DNA of 64,000 nucleotides, from IMG/VR virus record IMGVR_UViG_3300017963_000243, positions 1-64,000 of that record. One strand, given 5' to 3'. The notes under the pieces were generated by a model. It did no database searches, was not told the origin of the DNA, and saw nothing but the letters and a program-made list of their open reading frames with translations. The DNA comes from an uncultured virus (IMG/VR IMGVR_UViG_3300017963_000243) (taxonomy: Duplodnaviria > Heunggongvirae > Uroviricota > Caudoviricetes). Below, piece by piece: positions 36,358 to 46,411 of this stretch (positions within the stretch are counted from its first letter, which is position 1; every line of letters begins with the position of its first letter). The position numbers were made by a program, and so were the translations under genes.

Positions 36358-36981
36358 TTACTCTTGAGCTTGAGCGAGCGTCAGGAGAGCCTGAACTTCG
36401 CCAGCGCCTTTGAGGAACTCGACCGACGCGGTCTTGTGGACCTCTTCCAGAGCAGCCTGCTGCCCAGCTTCGTACTCTTCAGCAGCCAGCTTCTGCAGGA
36501 ACTCTTGAGCTTCCGCGTCACCGGCCTCTGCCAGCTTCACGATCTGCTGGAACTGCTCTTCCTGCGAAGCTTCTTTCTGCTGACCTTGAAGAGCCTCGGT
36601 GGCATCTGCGTGTCCCTGCTGGGCAGCTAGCTTCACCGCGTCAGCGAGAGGGCTCGTATCGATAACCGACCCGACCTTCTCGTTGAGCTCGTTCCACCGG
36701 CGATGAGCGGAGTCCGCAAACGCAATCGCGAGGTTGCGCACGTGCGACTCTTCCGCTTCCTTGTCCAGCTCGGTGAGCTCTTCGGCCATCTTCACGAGAC
36801 CGTCGATGGGGTTGCCCTCGGCAACGGCAGCTTCTTTTTGCTGACCTTCCTCGAGCAGATCACCCAAAGCCCCCTTCAGCTCGTCCGTGTTAACGGGCGC
36901 AGCAGCGTCGCCTTCGCTGGCGGTTTTCTCGCTGCCAGAACCCTCAGGATTGAATTGCTCGATCAGCTGTTGCAACTCCAT
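36358..36981 (-). CDS. capsid scaffolding protein (putative)
   Basis: Acidic, helical, nine K-x-A motifs; lies between protease and capsid genes. Confidence 0.65.
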   Translation of the reverse strand: MELQQLIEQFNPEGSGSEKTASEGDAAAPVNTDELKGALGDLLEEGQQKEAAVAEGNPIDGLVKMAEELTELDKEAEESHVRNLAIAFADSAHRRWNELNEKVGSVIDTSPLADAVKLAAQQGHADATEALQGQQKEASQEEQFQQIVKLAEAGDAEAQEFLQKLAAEEYEAGQQAALEEVHKTASVEFLKGAGEVQALLTLAQAQE

Positions 36982-37048
36982 TTTTTACCTCGCTTCAAGT
37001 TACGCACCCAATGATAGGATGCACAACGAAGTTTTACAAGAGAGGTTT

Positions 37049-39136
37049 TCACCCCTCCCAGATCAACACTCCGATTTTCGTTGCTACCTTATCCAAGTCC
37101 ACATCAGGAAGCTCGACAGTACCGGATGGTGTCGGCATGTCAGGTTCCAGTAGCTCAGACATCTTTACTTGCTCGGCAGCCAAGTCCCGCATCGCGTCCT
37201 TGACCTTTTCGGATGCGGCTCTTGCCTTATCTTTTACGAATTTTCCGGCACGAGAGGCATGCCCTACGCCCTTCTGTACAACAGGAAGACGTCCCAGCCC
37301 TTTGAGAGCCATCGTGCCACCTACAGCGGTGATGATCGGATGCTCATGTGCGAAGCCCTCCACTCGGTCCAGTAGTCTACGAGACAACGGAAGTGCCGGG
37401 TGGCCAACGGGCTCACCACGCCGGAGGCGTGATTGGTAATCCAATCCCAGCGCGGACATAGCTGCCAGCGTACCTAACGCAGGCAACGCAAGAGACTTGG
37501 TAACGTTACCCACGGACGCCTGCTTCGGAACCATCTCGGTGAGCGTGGGGATAGGCACCCCCTGATCAGTCATGTAGTGCGGACCCATCTTCGGGAACTG
37601 CGTCACTCCGAGTGTCCCTAACGAAAGAGCCAGCAGGGGTTTAAGCTTCCCGTGCCCTAAACGTTCAAGACCGCTCCCCAGAAGCTTATACGACCCCCCG
37701 AGAAGCGCTGCTCCTCCAAGGGCTTTCAGCAAGTTCTTCTTGGCGATCTCATCATGCGCGGAGATAGCTGCGCCTCTCGTAGTCCCGTACACCGTCCCTG
37801 TCGCGGGGTCCGTGACCGTGAGGGGAGACGTACGAGGGTCGGGAGTGTCTCTCAAAGAGGTCGGGGTGAGTTGTCGTTTCAGGTACTGGGGAATACCCGA
37901 GCGTTTCTCGAAGTAAGCGTCCACTTCTTCGGCGATCTTCGGATCTACATGTTCGACCCCCAGGTCTAACATTCCAGACTTTACCATCTGGTCCAGAACC
38001 TGCGGGCAGTCCCCCAAGAAATCCATAATGGGACGCTGGATAGCTACGCACTTGTCTAGTACGTCGTCGCCCAGCTGCGCCTTGGGGAAGGACTTGTAGA
38101 CCACGATCTTGGTAATTTCCGGCGTCGAAAGCGACATCCCACCCGCCATCAATGTGGAAAGCACCTTGTTAATTGGGTGAGCTGAGAGATTCCGCAGTGT
38201 GTCGTCTGGGAGTTCAGGAGCACACTGGGCTGAGGAGAGGATGGTCTCGCGCATGGCCTTCAAGTTGTGCACATCCGCGACATCAAAACCCTCAGTCTTA
38301 GCATCGACAGGATACCCTTGCACAATCTTGTCGATGACCGCTAGCTTACGCGCTGCAAGCTTCCGCTCCGCCATCTTATCCAGGTACTCCCCGGCGTTTG
38401 CGCCTGAAATTTCGTAGGGAGCTTCCGCGACCTTCTTCATCATGTAGGCGGTCGGGTCGGCGGGTTTGAACACCCACGAGATATCAAAGAACTTGGGCTT
38501 AGGGTTCAGAGCGCAGACGGTGCGCCCATCCGGCAACGTCTGCTTCATCTGAAACTTCAGGTGGTCGCAGTACTGCGCACGAGTAGGCGCACGGTTCCCG
38601 CAGATGTTGCACACATCGTACTTCACCCTGGTCCCCATGCTCACAGGAGGGAATTCCCCGGCTTCTATGCGCTGGGCCAGGTCAGGAGCCTTGGCGTTGT
38701 CCAAGTCAATCAGGAGCTCTACACGGTGCATCGCCGGATTCCAGAACGCCTTCATGACCTTTCCGACGGCCTTCTTCGGATCTTTGTTTACGTGGTGTCG
38801 GTAGTTGTAACCGAACTGCTCGAAAGTCTTGTAGTGGAGCGGAAGGGTATCGTCGGGAGCAATCCATGGAGGAGACATGTCCTCTTTGAAAGGATGCTCA
38901 GGGAAGCCGTCTCCGTTCCGGTTCTCTCCGTACGTCTCCCAAGCACTGACTGCCAAGACGTATACGATAGAGTGTCCTGGGATCGGCTCAATCGTACGGA
39001 AGTAGTCGGACCCTACGCTGGCGTACTTTGTCACCTCTTCCTGACAGACGCGCCCGTTGGCCCAGAGCTTAACAGGTTGAACAGTGAGCTCCCCGGTGGG
39101 GAAATACGGATCCAGGTGTAAGACTTTTGAAAGCAC
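37049..39136 (-). CDS. prohead maturation protease with C-terminal extension
   Basis: NRNGDGF, YRHHVN, PVSMGTRVKYDVCNICG, FFDISWVFKPAD motifs. Confidence 0.75.
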   Translation of the reverse strand: MLSKVLHLDPYFPTGELTVQPVKLWANGRVCQEEVTKYASVGSDYFRTIEPIPGHSIVYVLAVSAWETYGENRNGDGFPEHPFKEDMSPPWIAPDDTLPLHYKTFEQFGYNYRHHVNKDPKKAVGKVMKAFWNPAMHRVELLIDLDNAKAPDLAQRIEAGEFPPVSMGTRVKYDVCNICGNRAPTRAQYCDHLKFQMKQTLPDGRTVCALNPKPKFFDISWVFKPADPTAYMMKKVAEAPYEISGANAGEYLDKMAERKLAARKLAVIDKIVQGYPVDAKTEGFDVADVHNLKAMRETILSSAQCAPELPDDTLRNLSAHPINKVLSTLMAGGMSLSTPEITKIVVYKSFPKAQLGDDVLDKCVAIQRPIMDFLGDCPQVLDQMVKSGMLDLGVEHVDPKIAEEVDAYFEKRSGIPQYLKRQLTPTSLRDTPDPRTSPLTVTDPATGTVYGTTRGAAISAHDEIAKKNLLKALGGAALLGGSYKLLGSGLERLGHGKLKPLLALSLGTLGVTQFPKMGPHYMTDQGVPIPTLTEMVPKQASVGNVTKSLALPALGTLAAMSALGLDYQSRLRRGEPVGHPALPLSRRLLDRVEGFAHEHPIITAVGGTMALKGLGRLPVVQKGVGHASRAGKFVKDKARAASEKVKDAMRDLAAEQVKMSELLEPDMPTPSGTVELPDVDLDKVATKIGVLIWEG

Positions 39137-39507
39137 TACAGCACTTCCCTCAACAACTCTGAGATATACTCACGACCGAAGAGACGCACAGCTGCTGTCT
39201 TCTCGGTCTTCAGTGCACGGTCCAAAGACGCGTCCACAGCTACCGCTGCTGCGATCTTAGCTTTCATCTCATTGGGGATCTCAGGCATTTCCAAAGATGC
39301 AGCCATTTTCACGACTAGCTCGCAGACATCCCCCTCACTGTCGGAGGCGGCTTTCTCTAGGATTACGTCGTAAAGCCCGCTCGCTACCTTGGCGCAAGTT
39401 GCTTGGGTCTGCGCACTTGCGACTTCGGACGCGACTTTCACTGCGAGGACATCCATCTTACCGATGCTGTGTGCGATGCGAGAAACCTCTTCCGCAAACT
39501 TCCGCAT
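39136..39507 (-). CDS. K-x-A-rich head protein
   Basis: Seven K-x-A motifs in 123 aa. Confidence 0.6.
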   Translation of the reverse strand: MRKFAEEVSRIAHSIGKMDVLAVKVASEVASAQTQATCAKVASGLYDVILEKAASDSEGDVCELVVKMAASLEMPEIPNEMKAKIAAAVAVDASLDRALKTEKTAAVRLFGREYISELLREVL

Positions 39508-39512
39508 GACTC

Positions 39513-39731
39513 TTAACCTTTCAGGTTAGCCAGCGCCAAGAGTCCGCGCGCAACTTTCCGGTTACTCAAGTGGCGAGATGCGATCTTCTCGCCCACAGAA
39601 AGAGCGATATCGCCGAACTCGAACCGTGACATCCCAGTCTGAGCTGTAGTGATCGCATCCGCGTTCCCGGTAGCCATCGCCACTTTCAGGTTTTCCGGAA
39701 GCAGTTGATCCAGGATTTCGAATTCGGTCAT
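39513..39731 (-). CDS. small head protein
   Basis: Translationally coupled; KVA and KIA motifs. Confidence 0.55.
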   Translation of the reverse strand: MTEFEILDQLLPENLKVAMATGNADAITTAQTGMSRFEFGDIALSVGEKIASRHLSNRKVARGLLALANLKG

Positions 39732-40435
39732 TGCATCCTCCCTAGAGCCTTGTTAATCGATTCTTCCGTTTTTGCCAACTGTTGAACAGTCAGAGGGTTG
39801 ATGCCACCTTCCGACTGGGACGCCTCACGGAGAAACGACGTGACAACGTTGGGATCAGTGCTGAGCGTTGGAGCAAACTTCACCATCGTAGAGTACGCCT
39901 GGATAGTGGATCCGGGATTGACGCGCTCTTGAACGGATACGATAGGGTCGTAACTCATGATGTGATCAACGATCCCTTCTCGTTTTTTGTCCAGGACCAT
40001 GCGCTCTTTAACGCTTCGTGCAGTTCCCCGAATGAGCTTCCCAAGCGCTTCCAAGCCGGATTGTGCGACGCCCTTTCCAAGGGCGGACGCAAATCCTGTC
40101 TCGGCACCTCCCACTAGATCCGCATAACCGGGCAAACCCTCAGACGCTGTTTTGTTGAGGGCTATCTTTTCTCCAAGATAGCGTTTGCGGGTGCTGAACG
40201 CTTCGAGCTCAGCGTAGACAAACTTCCCCCCGGGGGCCCCCGTGTAGTTCTGCATGATCTCTGCCTCCAGCTTACGGCCTTCTCTACCTGCTCGAGGGAC
40301 AGCTGCGGCGGTACCCAACACTCCCGCGGTACCCGCGGCAATGCCGGTAGATTTCTTGGGGTTGTCCTTGATCCACTGCAGCACTTTTTTAAAAGCGCCT
40401 GGTGCAGTTTTACCTGGTAATGCTTTCGGCATCAA
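39728..40435 (-). CDS. probable internal head protein
   Basis: KTAS motif; Gly/Ala hydrophobic segments. Confidence 0.6.
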   Translation of the reverse strand: MMPKALPGKTAPGAFKKVLQWIKDNPKKSTGIAAGTAGVLGTAAAVPRAGREGRKLEAEIMQNYTGAPGGKFVYAELEAFSTRKRYLGEKIALNKTASEGLPGYADLVGGAETGFASALGKGVAQSGLEALGKLIRGTARSVKERMVLDKKREGIVDHIMSYDPIVSVQERVNPGSTIQAYSTMVKFAPTLSTDPNVVTSFLREASQSEGGINPLTVQQLAKTEESINKALGRMQ

Positions 40436-41241
40436 AGATCTCCCAAACTTTCCGCGATTTTCTTTTCGCAGAGGTCACACTCCTCGTACACCAGCCGTGC
40501 AGCGGCAGCAGTCTTGACGTATTTGAAAATCTCTTGGGTGTCTTGGTCCATCACTGCCACATGTCGGTCTTGGATTTCGGACAGTTGAGTATCCGGGTAC
40601 GCCGCGACCTTGTCACCTGTCACCATAGCCCGCAAAGCCTGCACTTCAGGGGCCACATCCGTATTTGCGGACAGTGCATCCTTCTCGAAAGAAGGAAACG
40701 CTTCTGCTATCTTCAAACCGTGCGCTTTTCGATAGCAGGAAACCGCCGTCTCCATAGCCATCTTCCAACGCTGGCTAGCCTGGCGTCCTTCCATTCGGAA
40801 ACGGTCAGAAGCTCTCTTGAGCTGCATCGCTAACTCGGGTTTGGAATAGCGAGGCTTTTCCGGCTGAGGTTCTGCTGATGCGACTTTCACCTGTTCGATG
40901 GTGTACAGATCACTGTAGTAATCGGAAGTGCGGCTGTACCCTGCGGTCTTCTCCGAACCCACTTTCAGAGACTTAGCGTCGTCGTACAGCGCTTCGATAA
41001 CAACCTCGGCGTCGCCTGGATCGAAGGTGATATTCCGATCCGAGCCTTCCTTCTGCTGAAAGACCTTTCCGAAAACTTGCACGTTCGCGACCCTCACCAG
41101 TGTGCGAATCTGCTCCGGGTTGAGGTTGTTATCAGCCGCGACCTTCTGCGAGAGTTGATTGATAGTCTGGTCGCAGTCCGGAGAAATAAACTGGGACGCA
41201 ATCTTCTCAGCGGCTTTTTCGAAATCGGTCTTGACTAACAT
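40432..41241 (-). CDS. probable internal head protein
   Basis: Many K-x-A motifs; LNPEQIRTLVRVAN. Confidence 0.65.
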   Translation of the reverse strand: MLVKTDFEKAAEKIASQFISPDCDQTINQLSQKVAADNNLNPEQIRTLVRVANVQVFGKVFQQKEGSDRNITFDPGDAEVVIEALYDDAKSLKVGSEKTAGYSRTSDYYSDLYTIEQVKVASAEPQPEKPRYSKPELAMQLKRASDRFRMEGRQASQRWKMAMETAVSCYRKAHGLKIAEAFPSFEKDALSANTDVAPEVQALRAMVTGDKVAAYPDTQLSEIQDRHVAVMDQDTQEIFKYVKTAAAARLVYEECDLCEKKIAESLGDL

Positions 41242-41253
41242 ATCGCCCTCGCC

Positions 41254-41967
41254 TCAGTGGTAGATGTCACTGGGATCTATGCCCAGGTCTTCGGCGCTGA
41301 TGGTTGCTTGACGTTCTTCGATAGCCATCATGGCTTCGCTATCCGCGTCGATACCACCCTCAGCATCCTTACGCGCTTCCAGATACTTGATGCTGTCTTG
41401 CATCCATAAACGCGACTGTTTTGTTACATCCGCAGTAATAGAGTTACCTCTCGCGTTCGCACTTAAATAATACGCAGTTACTATGAAGTGCTCTATCATT
41501 TTTTTGGGATCGATCTTAATGTCTTCATTCCCCATCCGGAAATGGTGTGACAAAATTTCCGGCCCGTGGGTAAGCCCCATTTGAACGCACTCGCGCCCGT
41601 GGTCAGACAAAGCCTTGTCGTTATGCAGCAGCTTGCGTACGTAGGTAAGGCGCTCCAGCTTGTTTCTGAACTGCGACGAATCCATCACCAACTTCTCAAC
41701 GTGTTCCAGAACCCGCAGATCAATCTCTAGAACTTCGCTGATACGCTCAAGGGTGGATTCACAGTAGAGGAATGCTTGGATAACTTCCCGGTGTTCACGT
41801 ACGCGCACAATGTCCAAAGCGTATTCGATATCTGTGTCTTGGGCTTTTCCGACTACCACATTGTAGACATCTAAGAGATACGACCCCTTTTTAGGAGGTT
41901 TCCCCTTGTCTACTGCCTTAAGCAGAGCGTGCCATCGCCGCTCCGGGTTGATGTCCCGTGCAGGCAT
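41254..41967 (-). CDS. hypothetical protein
   Basis: 237 aa, translationally coupled. Confidence 0.65.
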   Translation of the reverse strand: MPARDINPERRWHALLKAVDKGKPPKKGSYLLDVYNVVVGKAQDTDIEYALDIVRVREHREVIQAFLYCESTLERISEVLEIDLRVLEHVEKLVMDSSQFRNKLERLTYVRKLLHNDKALSDHGRECVQMGLTHGPEILSHHFRMGNEDIKIDPKKMIEHFIVTAYYLSANARGNSITADVTKQSRLWMQDSIKYLEARKDAEGGIDADSEAMMAIEERQATISAEDLGIDPSDIYH

Positions 41968-44579
41968 TAAATCTCCGCGGCAGGCCCTTGCTGTGCTTGT
42001 GCGTCAGGAAGTGTGCTCACTGCATTTTGGCTCAAGTTAATGACCACATCCCCAAGAGACTTGAAAACTGTCCGGAGTTTGTCTTCCAAGACAACAAAGG
42101 CTTCGTCGCCTATTGATTTCTTCGTGTCTCCTTCGGTCATCCACAGAGTCAGCAGTACCCGGCCCACATTATCGAGGCATTTCTCCATGTTTGGGACGTA
42201 TGTCGAAACTACGTCTTGGAGAACGGGGGCTGCTGCCATCATAGAAATTGCGGCGGTATCGAAAACGCCCTCATCTTGCAAGCCCTCTGCTTGGTCGATG
42301 AGCTCCGGATTGATCTGATCAGCTACTATGTCAGGGGTCAAATTTTCACCCTGGTCCATGACTGGCATGGGGGGAGGTGGCTCTTCCATGGGCGGCTGAG
42401 GAGCAAGCATCTCTGCCGCTGCCGCGGGTGCCCCAGTAGCCTCAGGAGGGACCATCCCTCCCGCTGATTGTCCGATCTCCGAGGAGCGCTGTTGGATACC
42501 TTGGAGCAACCCAACGAGCTGCTGCGTCTGCTGTGCCTGTTGCTGCATCGCTTGCTGTGTTTGTTCAGCCTGCGACTGCATCTGCTGCATCTCCATCTCA
42601 CTCTGTTGTTGGAGTTGCTGCACTGCTTCAGTGATCGCCAAGTCTGTGGGGCTCAGTGACGGTTGCTGTGGGGGCATCTGCCCCATCGACGGATCCATTT
42701 GCCCCATCGACGGATCCATAGCGCCCTGCGGCGGCATCTGACCCGCTGGCATCTGAGCAGTCTGCTGCATGTCCATGGGAGACTGCGCCTCTTTGTACAG
42801 ACCGGACAAGAAGTCCCCAATCGCATCCCCGCCCTTAACAATTCGGATATTCGCCTTACCGTGGTCCTGCGCCTCTTTGAGGATCCCCGCCGCCTCTGTT
42901 GCTGGGATGTGGTAGTGCGTGGCAACCTTTTCCAAGGCGTCTACGAAATTGTAGGAACGCTCCCCATTTTCTACACGCCAGAAGCCCGCACCATCGCTAC
43001 GCACTGTCGCGACTTTCGCCCCACCTTCCTGCATTTTTCCGTCGAGCCAACGAGTAATGAGCTTAGGGTCGCGCATGACCGAATTGCGCTTCATACGCTG
43101 ACGAGCCTCACTATCGTAATTGGTGGGGGAATTCTTGTCCGTGGCATTCGACATGAGATTGACCCATGTCGTGTTTTTCGGCAAGAACACCACCTGACCC
43201 TTCACCGCTGCCTCCATGTACTTACGGGAGGGGTCATCATCAATAACGTAACGACAATCACTGTACTCCCGAACGTACTTCTCTTTCCCACCATCGCTAA
43301 TAGCGAACTGGATACGCATGGGCTCCGTCGCTTGCGGGTTCTTAGAATCCGGAACCAAGAAGAACCCGTAGGAATTAGCCTTGGGGCGTGTGCTCCCCGT
43401 CCCCTTCTCCAGAAGCTTGAACAAAGCGCTGCCCTGAACGTCCTTGTCAAAATTGACAGGCTCCCCCATCAAACCCTCACACACGAATGCTTCTTTCATG
43501 TCCTTGCTAATAGCCAAGAACTTCTTGGGGACACGGTGACGTTGCGGTCCGTAGTAGGAACGAATACGGTTATCTCCGTACCTGCTCACAGGCCACGGAA
43601 CTACAAAATAGACGTCAGGATTTCCGTCTACAAAATAAAGGCGGTACCACCCCCCATTAGCGTCGGGCTCTTGAAGAAAGCGCTCACCCTCCACCTTGAT
43701 AGCGCGGTTGAGGGTGTTGCCTTCCCGGTTATCCGCCACGTCATAGCCCTGCTTCATGATCGTAGCGAAGGCCTCTTTAGCGCGGTCACCAAAAATTTCC
43801 CTGATCTCCTGGGGGGACGCACTTTTCGTGACCACGCGCACACGCGAGGGAGCACTTGCGACTTTCACGCTCTCCGCAACCTTAGTGTATCCCGAGACCA
43901 TCGCTTCTTTGAGAGGCTTTACCCCGTAAACTTTAGCGATCTTCTGGAGGAGGGGCGGGTGCTTCTCAAAAGCAACCTTTACGCTGTCCAGCAGTAGCTG
44001 GTTACCGGAACTCAACATGTTGAGAAACTGCGGGTGAATCTCAAGAGTATGATCTTGTGCGGCTTTCACCATTGCCGCAACTCCGCTGTCCACAACCTCC
44101 GCAGGAACGTCTTCAGCACTAGCGTAACCGTAGCGCCCGGTAGTGTAGGGTGGAAGCACGAGGTTACGCACGCTGACATCTCGCGGAACTGTCTGCGGCG
44201 CGTTTTCGGCACCTCCCATCTCGTCAAGAGACATCTTGGTAATTTCCTCGAGCCACGCGTTGTCGAGCGGGAGGAAGATATTCAGCTTCTTGTAGTAGAA
44301 CATCTCTACGGGTTTGAGCTGTCCATCCACAAGCACCACCGGAATGTAGATGGGGAGCTGGTTGTGGAGCACGACAAATGCCCCCACTCCGTTTCCTGCT
44401 TCCGCATCCACCTCCAAGATCTTGAACGTCACAACACTCTGCGCAAGTTCCGGGAACTTAGCAAAGAGAACGCTGTAAGCCATTTGCGAGAACCGTTCCT
44501 TGAACGACTGTTCGGCTTGTTCAGCCGGAGGCGGTCCTTGCATTCCCTTTTGAACTTGCGGGGACATCGACATAGGCAT
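41967..44579 (-). CDS. large virion internal protein with Gln/Met/Pro-rich region
   Basis: 870 aa; K-x-A motifs; TATAATT motif and SD upstream. Confidence 0.7.
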   Translation of the reverse strand: MPMSMSPQVQKGMQGPPPAEQAEQSFKERFSQMAYSVLFAKFPELAQSVVTFKILEVDAEAGNGVGAFVVLHNQLPIYIPVVLVDGQLKPVEMFYYKKLNIFLPLDNAWLEEITKMSLDEMGGAENAPQTVPRDVSVRNLVLPPYTTGRYGYASAEDVPAEVVDSGVAAMVKAAQDHTLEIHPQFLNMLSSGNQLLLDSVKVAFEKHPPLLQKIAKVYGVKPLKEAMVSGYTKVAESVKVASAPSRVRVVTKSASPQEIREIFGDRAKEAFATIMKQGYDVADNREGNTLNRAIKVEGERFLQEPDANGGWYRLYFVDGNPDVYFVVPWPVSRYGDNRIRSYYGPQRHRVPKKFLAISKDMKEAFVCEGLMGEPVNFDKDVQGSALFKLLEKGTGSTRPKANSYGFFLVPDSKNPQATEPMRIQFAISDGGKEKYVREYSDCRYVIDDDPSRKYMEAAVKGQVVFLPKNTTWVNLMSNATDKNSPTNYDSEARQRMKRNSVMRDPKLITRWLDGKMQEGGAKVATVRSDGAGFWRVENGERSYNFVDALEKVATHYHIPATEAAGILKEAQDHGKANIRIVKGGDAIGDFLSGLYKEAQSPMDMQQTAQMPAGQMPPQGAMDPSMGQMDPSMGQMPPQQPSLSPTDLAITEAVQQLQQQSEMEMQQMQSQAEQTQQAMQQQAQQTQQLVGLLQGIQQRSSEIGQSAGGMVPPEATGAPAAAAEMLAPQPPMEEPPPPMPVMDQGENLTPDIVADQINPELIDQAEGLQDEGVFDTAAISMMAAAPVLQDVVSTYVPNMEKCLDNVGRVLLTLWMTEGDTKKSIGDEAFVVLEDKLRTVFKSLGDVVINLSQNAVSTLPDAQAQQGPAAEI

Positions 44580-44647
44580 ACGTATTCCTCCCTTAGTGAG
44601 GGTCGTCGTGAAGAATTATACTGTTGAAATTGTAAGGAGGAAAGGGG

Positions 44648-45640
44648 TTACTGCGCGGAAGAGACGTACTCAGTCAGGGTCTGGAGAGCGTTGGCGAGTT
44701 CCGCCTTCTTCTCATCGTCGCCCTTCTCGTCATCCTTCTTCTCTTCCCCATCGTCGTCGTCGCTCTTCTCTTCCTTCTTCTCTTCCATCTTCTCCTTCAG
44801 CTCGGGAGGCAGTTCCCCTCCGAGCTTAGAGATGGCTTCTTGAAGAAGAGACGAGAGCTTCGAGACTTCGCCGCTAGTAGGGACAGAATCCGTACGTGGT
44901 TGCGGCTTCTGCTCACCCATCAGGGGACCCTTGGGCTGCGTAGTTTTGCCTTGGGCAGGGGCGACACCGGACATCGCCTGGTTGTCCGGGGGCTCCGTGT
45001 GCCCAGGAGCGCCAGTGTCTCCCGAACCCGGATCAGTGCTCGACTTTTTCTGGAGACGCAGCAGCTCATCGACCTGAGCTGAGAGCTTCGCAACCTCGCT
45101 GGGGGTAGCCGCGCTAGCACCTGGAGGCGGGTTCTGCGGCTCTTGAGCGCCGACTTCACCGGGGGAGGTGTCTAGAGTGGTGGTACCCTGCGGACCGACC
45201 TTCTCAGACGACGGATCCTTCTTGGCATCGAGGGGGCCCATGCCTCCTTCCATCATGTCTTCTTGAAAGCGGCCATCACCGGTCACGTCCGTACCCGCAC
45301 CTTCTTCCGCTGCCTTGTGCATCAGGGCAGTAGCGTGAACGGTAGCTGCGGTCTCGTAGTCCACCGAAGCGGCGAGCTTCGGAAACTCTTCATCCTTGTA
45401 GTGGCTAGTCTTCTCGGCAATCTCTTCGGCGACATCAACGAGCTTGTCGATGACACCCGCGGCCTCCTCAGCCGAGAGACCTTCTTCACCGCTGATCTCC
45501 GGCATCTCCTCTTCGGGGAGCTCATCCGCCACGGCATCAGCAGCTTCTTCCGCGATCTTCTCGGTAGGCCAGCTGATCAAGCCCTGACGCACGAGCTCAT
45601 GGTTGATGCCCCTGACGTGTGCGCGTTTGAACAGTCCCAT
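44648..45640 (-). CDS. acidic, largely low-complexity head protein
   Basis: 330 aa; internal imperfect duplication ending EVAKLSA/EVSKLSS. Confidence 0.65.
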   Translation of the reverse strand: MGLFKRAHVRGINHELVRQGLISWPTEKIAEEAADAVADELPEEEMPEISGEEGLSAEEAAGVIDKLVDVAEEIAEKTSHYKDEEFPKLAASVDYETAATVHATALMHKAAEEGAGTDVTGDGRFQEDMMEGGMGPLDAKKDPSSEKVGPQGTTTLDTSPGEVGAQEPQNPPPGASAATPSEVAKLSAQVDELLRLQKKSSTDPGSGDTGAPGHTEPPDNQAMSGVAPAQGKTTQPKGPLMGEQKPQPRTDSVPTSGEVSKLSSLLQEAISKLGGELPPELKEKMEEKKEEKSDDDDGEEKKDDEKGDDEKKAELANALQTLTEYVSSAQ

Positions 45641-45678
45641 GATATTTCTCTCCTAGTCGGTTAGGGCCTACTGGCCGC

Positions 45679-45855
45679 CTACTTCTGGGTCCCTTGTTGG
45701 AGTAGGGAGGTAATGTCCTCAACCGTGGCGAGTTTCTCTTCTGTGTACGCAGCACTCTGTTGCACTGCCGTTGCTTCGTCCACTCCATGTTCCAGAAGCG
45801 CACGCTTTACGCCTTCAGCGTAAGCAACTTTCAAAAGGGTAGCGGTAGAGTCCAT
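45679..45855 (-). CDS. small protein (start revised to 45855)
   Basis: SD GGAGG and TATACTT motif before MDSTATLLKVAY. Confidence 0.6.
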   Translation of the reverse strand: MDSTATLLKVAYAEGVKRALLEHGVDEATAVQQSAAYTEEKLATVEDITSLLQQGTQK

Positions 45856-45871
45856 CCGTCTCCTCCAGTAA

Positions 45872-46411
45872 TCAACGCCAAGTATATGGCGATTCGTTGT
45901 TATATCCAAGAGGCAAATTGCGCAACTGTTCATCCGCTCGGGGTGAAACGCGTGTGACGTACTTGGCTGTGCGGCCTAACCCGCGCCCCAAACGTTCCCC
46001 TAAAGTTCCCGCAACCATCGAGCCAAGCATTCCAGTGGGTCCCCAAGCGGCTAATCCTAGGGCAGTTCCCCCTAGCAACCCTCCGATACGTTCCGCACGC
46101 TCACCAGGATCTCCTCGTACGATGTTGGCAGCCTCTATTGCGGGGAATCCATACAGTAACGCTTTGTTGAACGCCCCCGGTGCCTCGAATCCCTCCCGGA
46201 ATACGCTGCCCGGTTTGAGCGATTGCTTCATCCGCCACTCATGAGCGAAACGACGAGGTCGACCGATCATGAATCGCTTCACACCCTCTCGGGTGGGGAG
46301 CTTCTTAGCGAGGTACTTCCCTAATCGGGAAAGAGCCCTCGGCATAGCCGCCTCTTTAGTAAGGCCCATCTCGGAATACACGGCGTACTTACCAAGATCG
46401 TAGGGAGTCAT
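45872..46411 (-). CDS. glycine-zipper probable internal protein
   Basis: KEAA motif; GGLLGGTALGLAAWG. Confidence 0.65.
   Translation of the reverse strand: MTPYDLGKYAVYSEMGLTKEAAMPRALSRLGKYLAKKLPTREGVKRFMIGRPRRFAHEWRMKQSLKPGSVFREGFEAPGAFNKALLYGFPAIEAANIVRGDPGERAERIGGLLGGTALGLAAWGPTGMLGSMVAGTLGERLGRGLGRTAKYVTRVSPRADEQLRNLPLGYNNESPYTWR

Noticed and set aside
42676..42720. 21-nt tandem DNA repeat
   Set aside because: It simply encodes the low-complexity MDPSMGQ duplication within the 870-aa protein
13266..43997. Long + strand ORFs (13266-14090, 26779-28038, 34096-35010, 42663-43997)
   Set aside because: Antisense shadows of strongly codon-biased minus-strand genes, with no SD or recognisable motifs
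41967..44579. Phage nucleus shell (chimallin) or tape measure assignment
   Set aside because: No recognisable motifs for either; left as an internal virion protein
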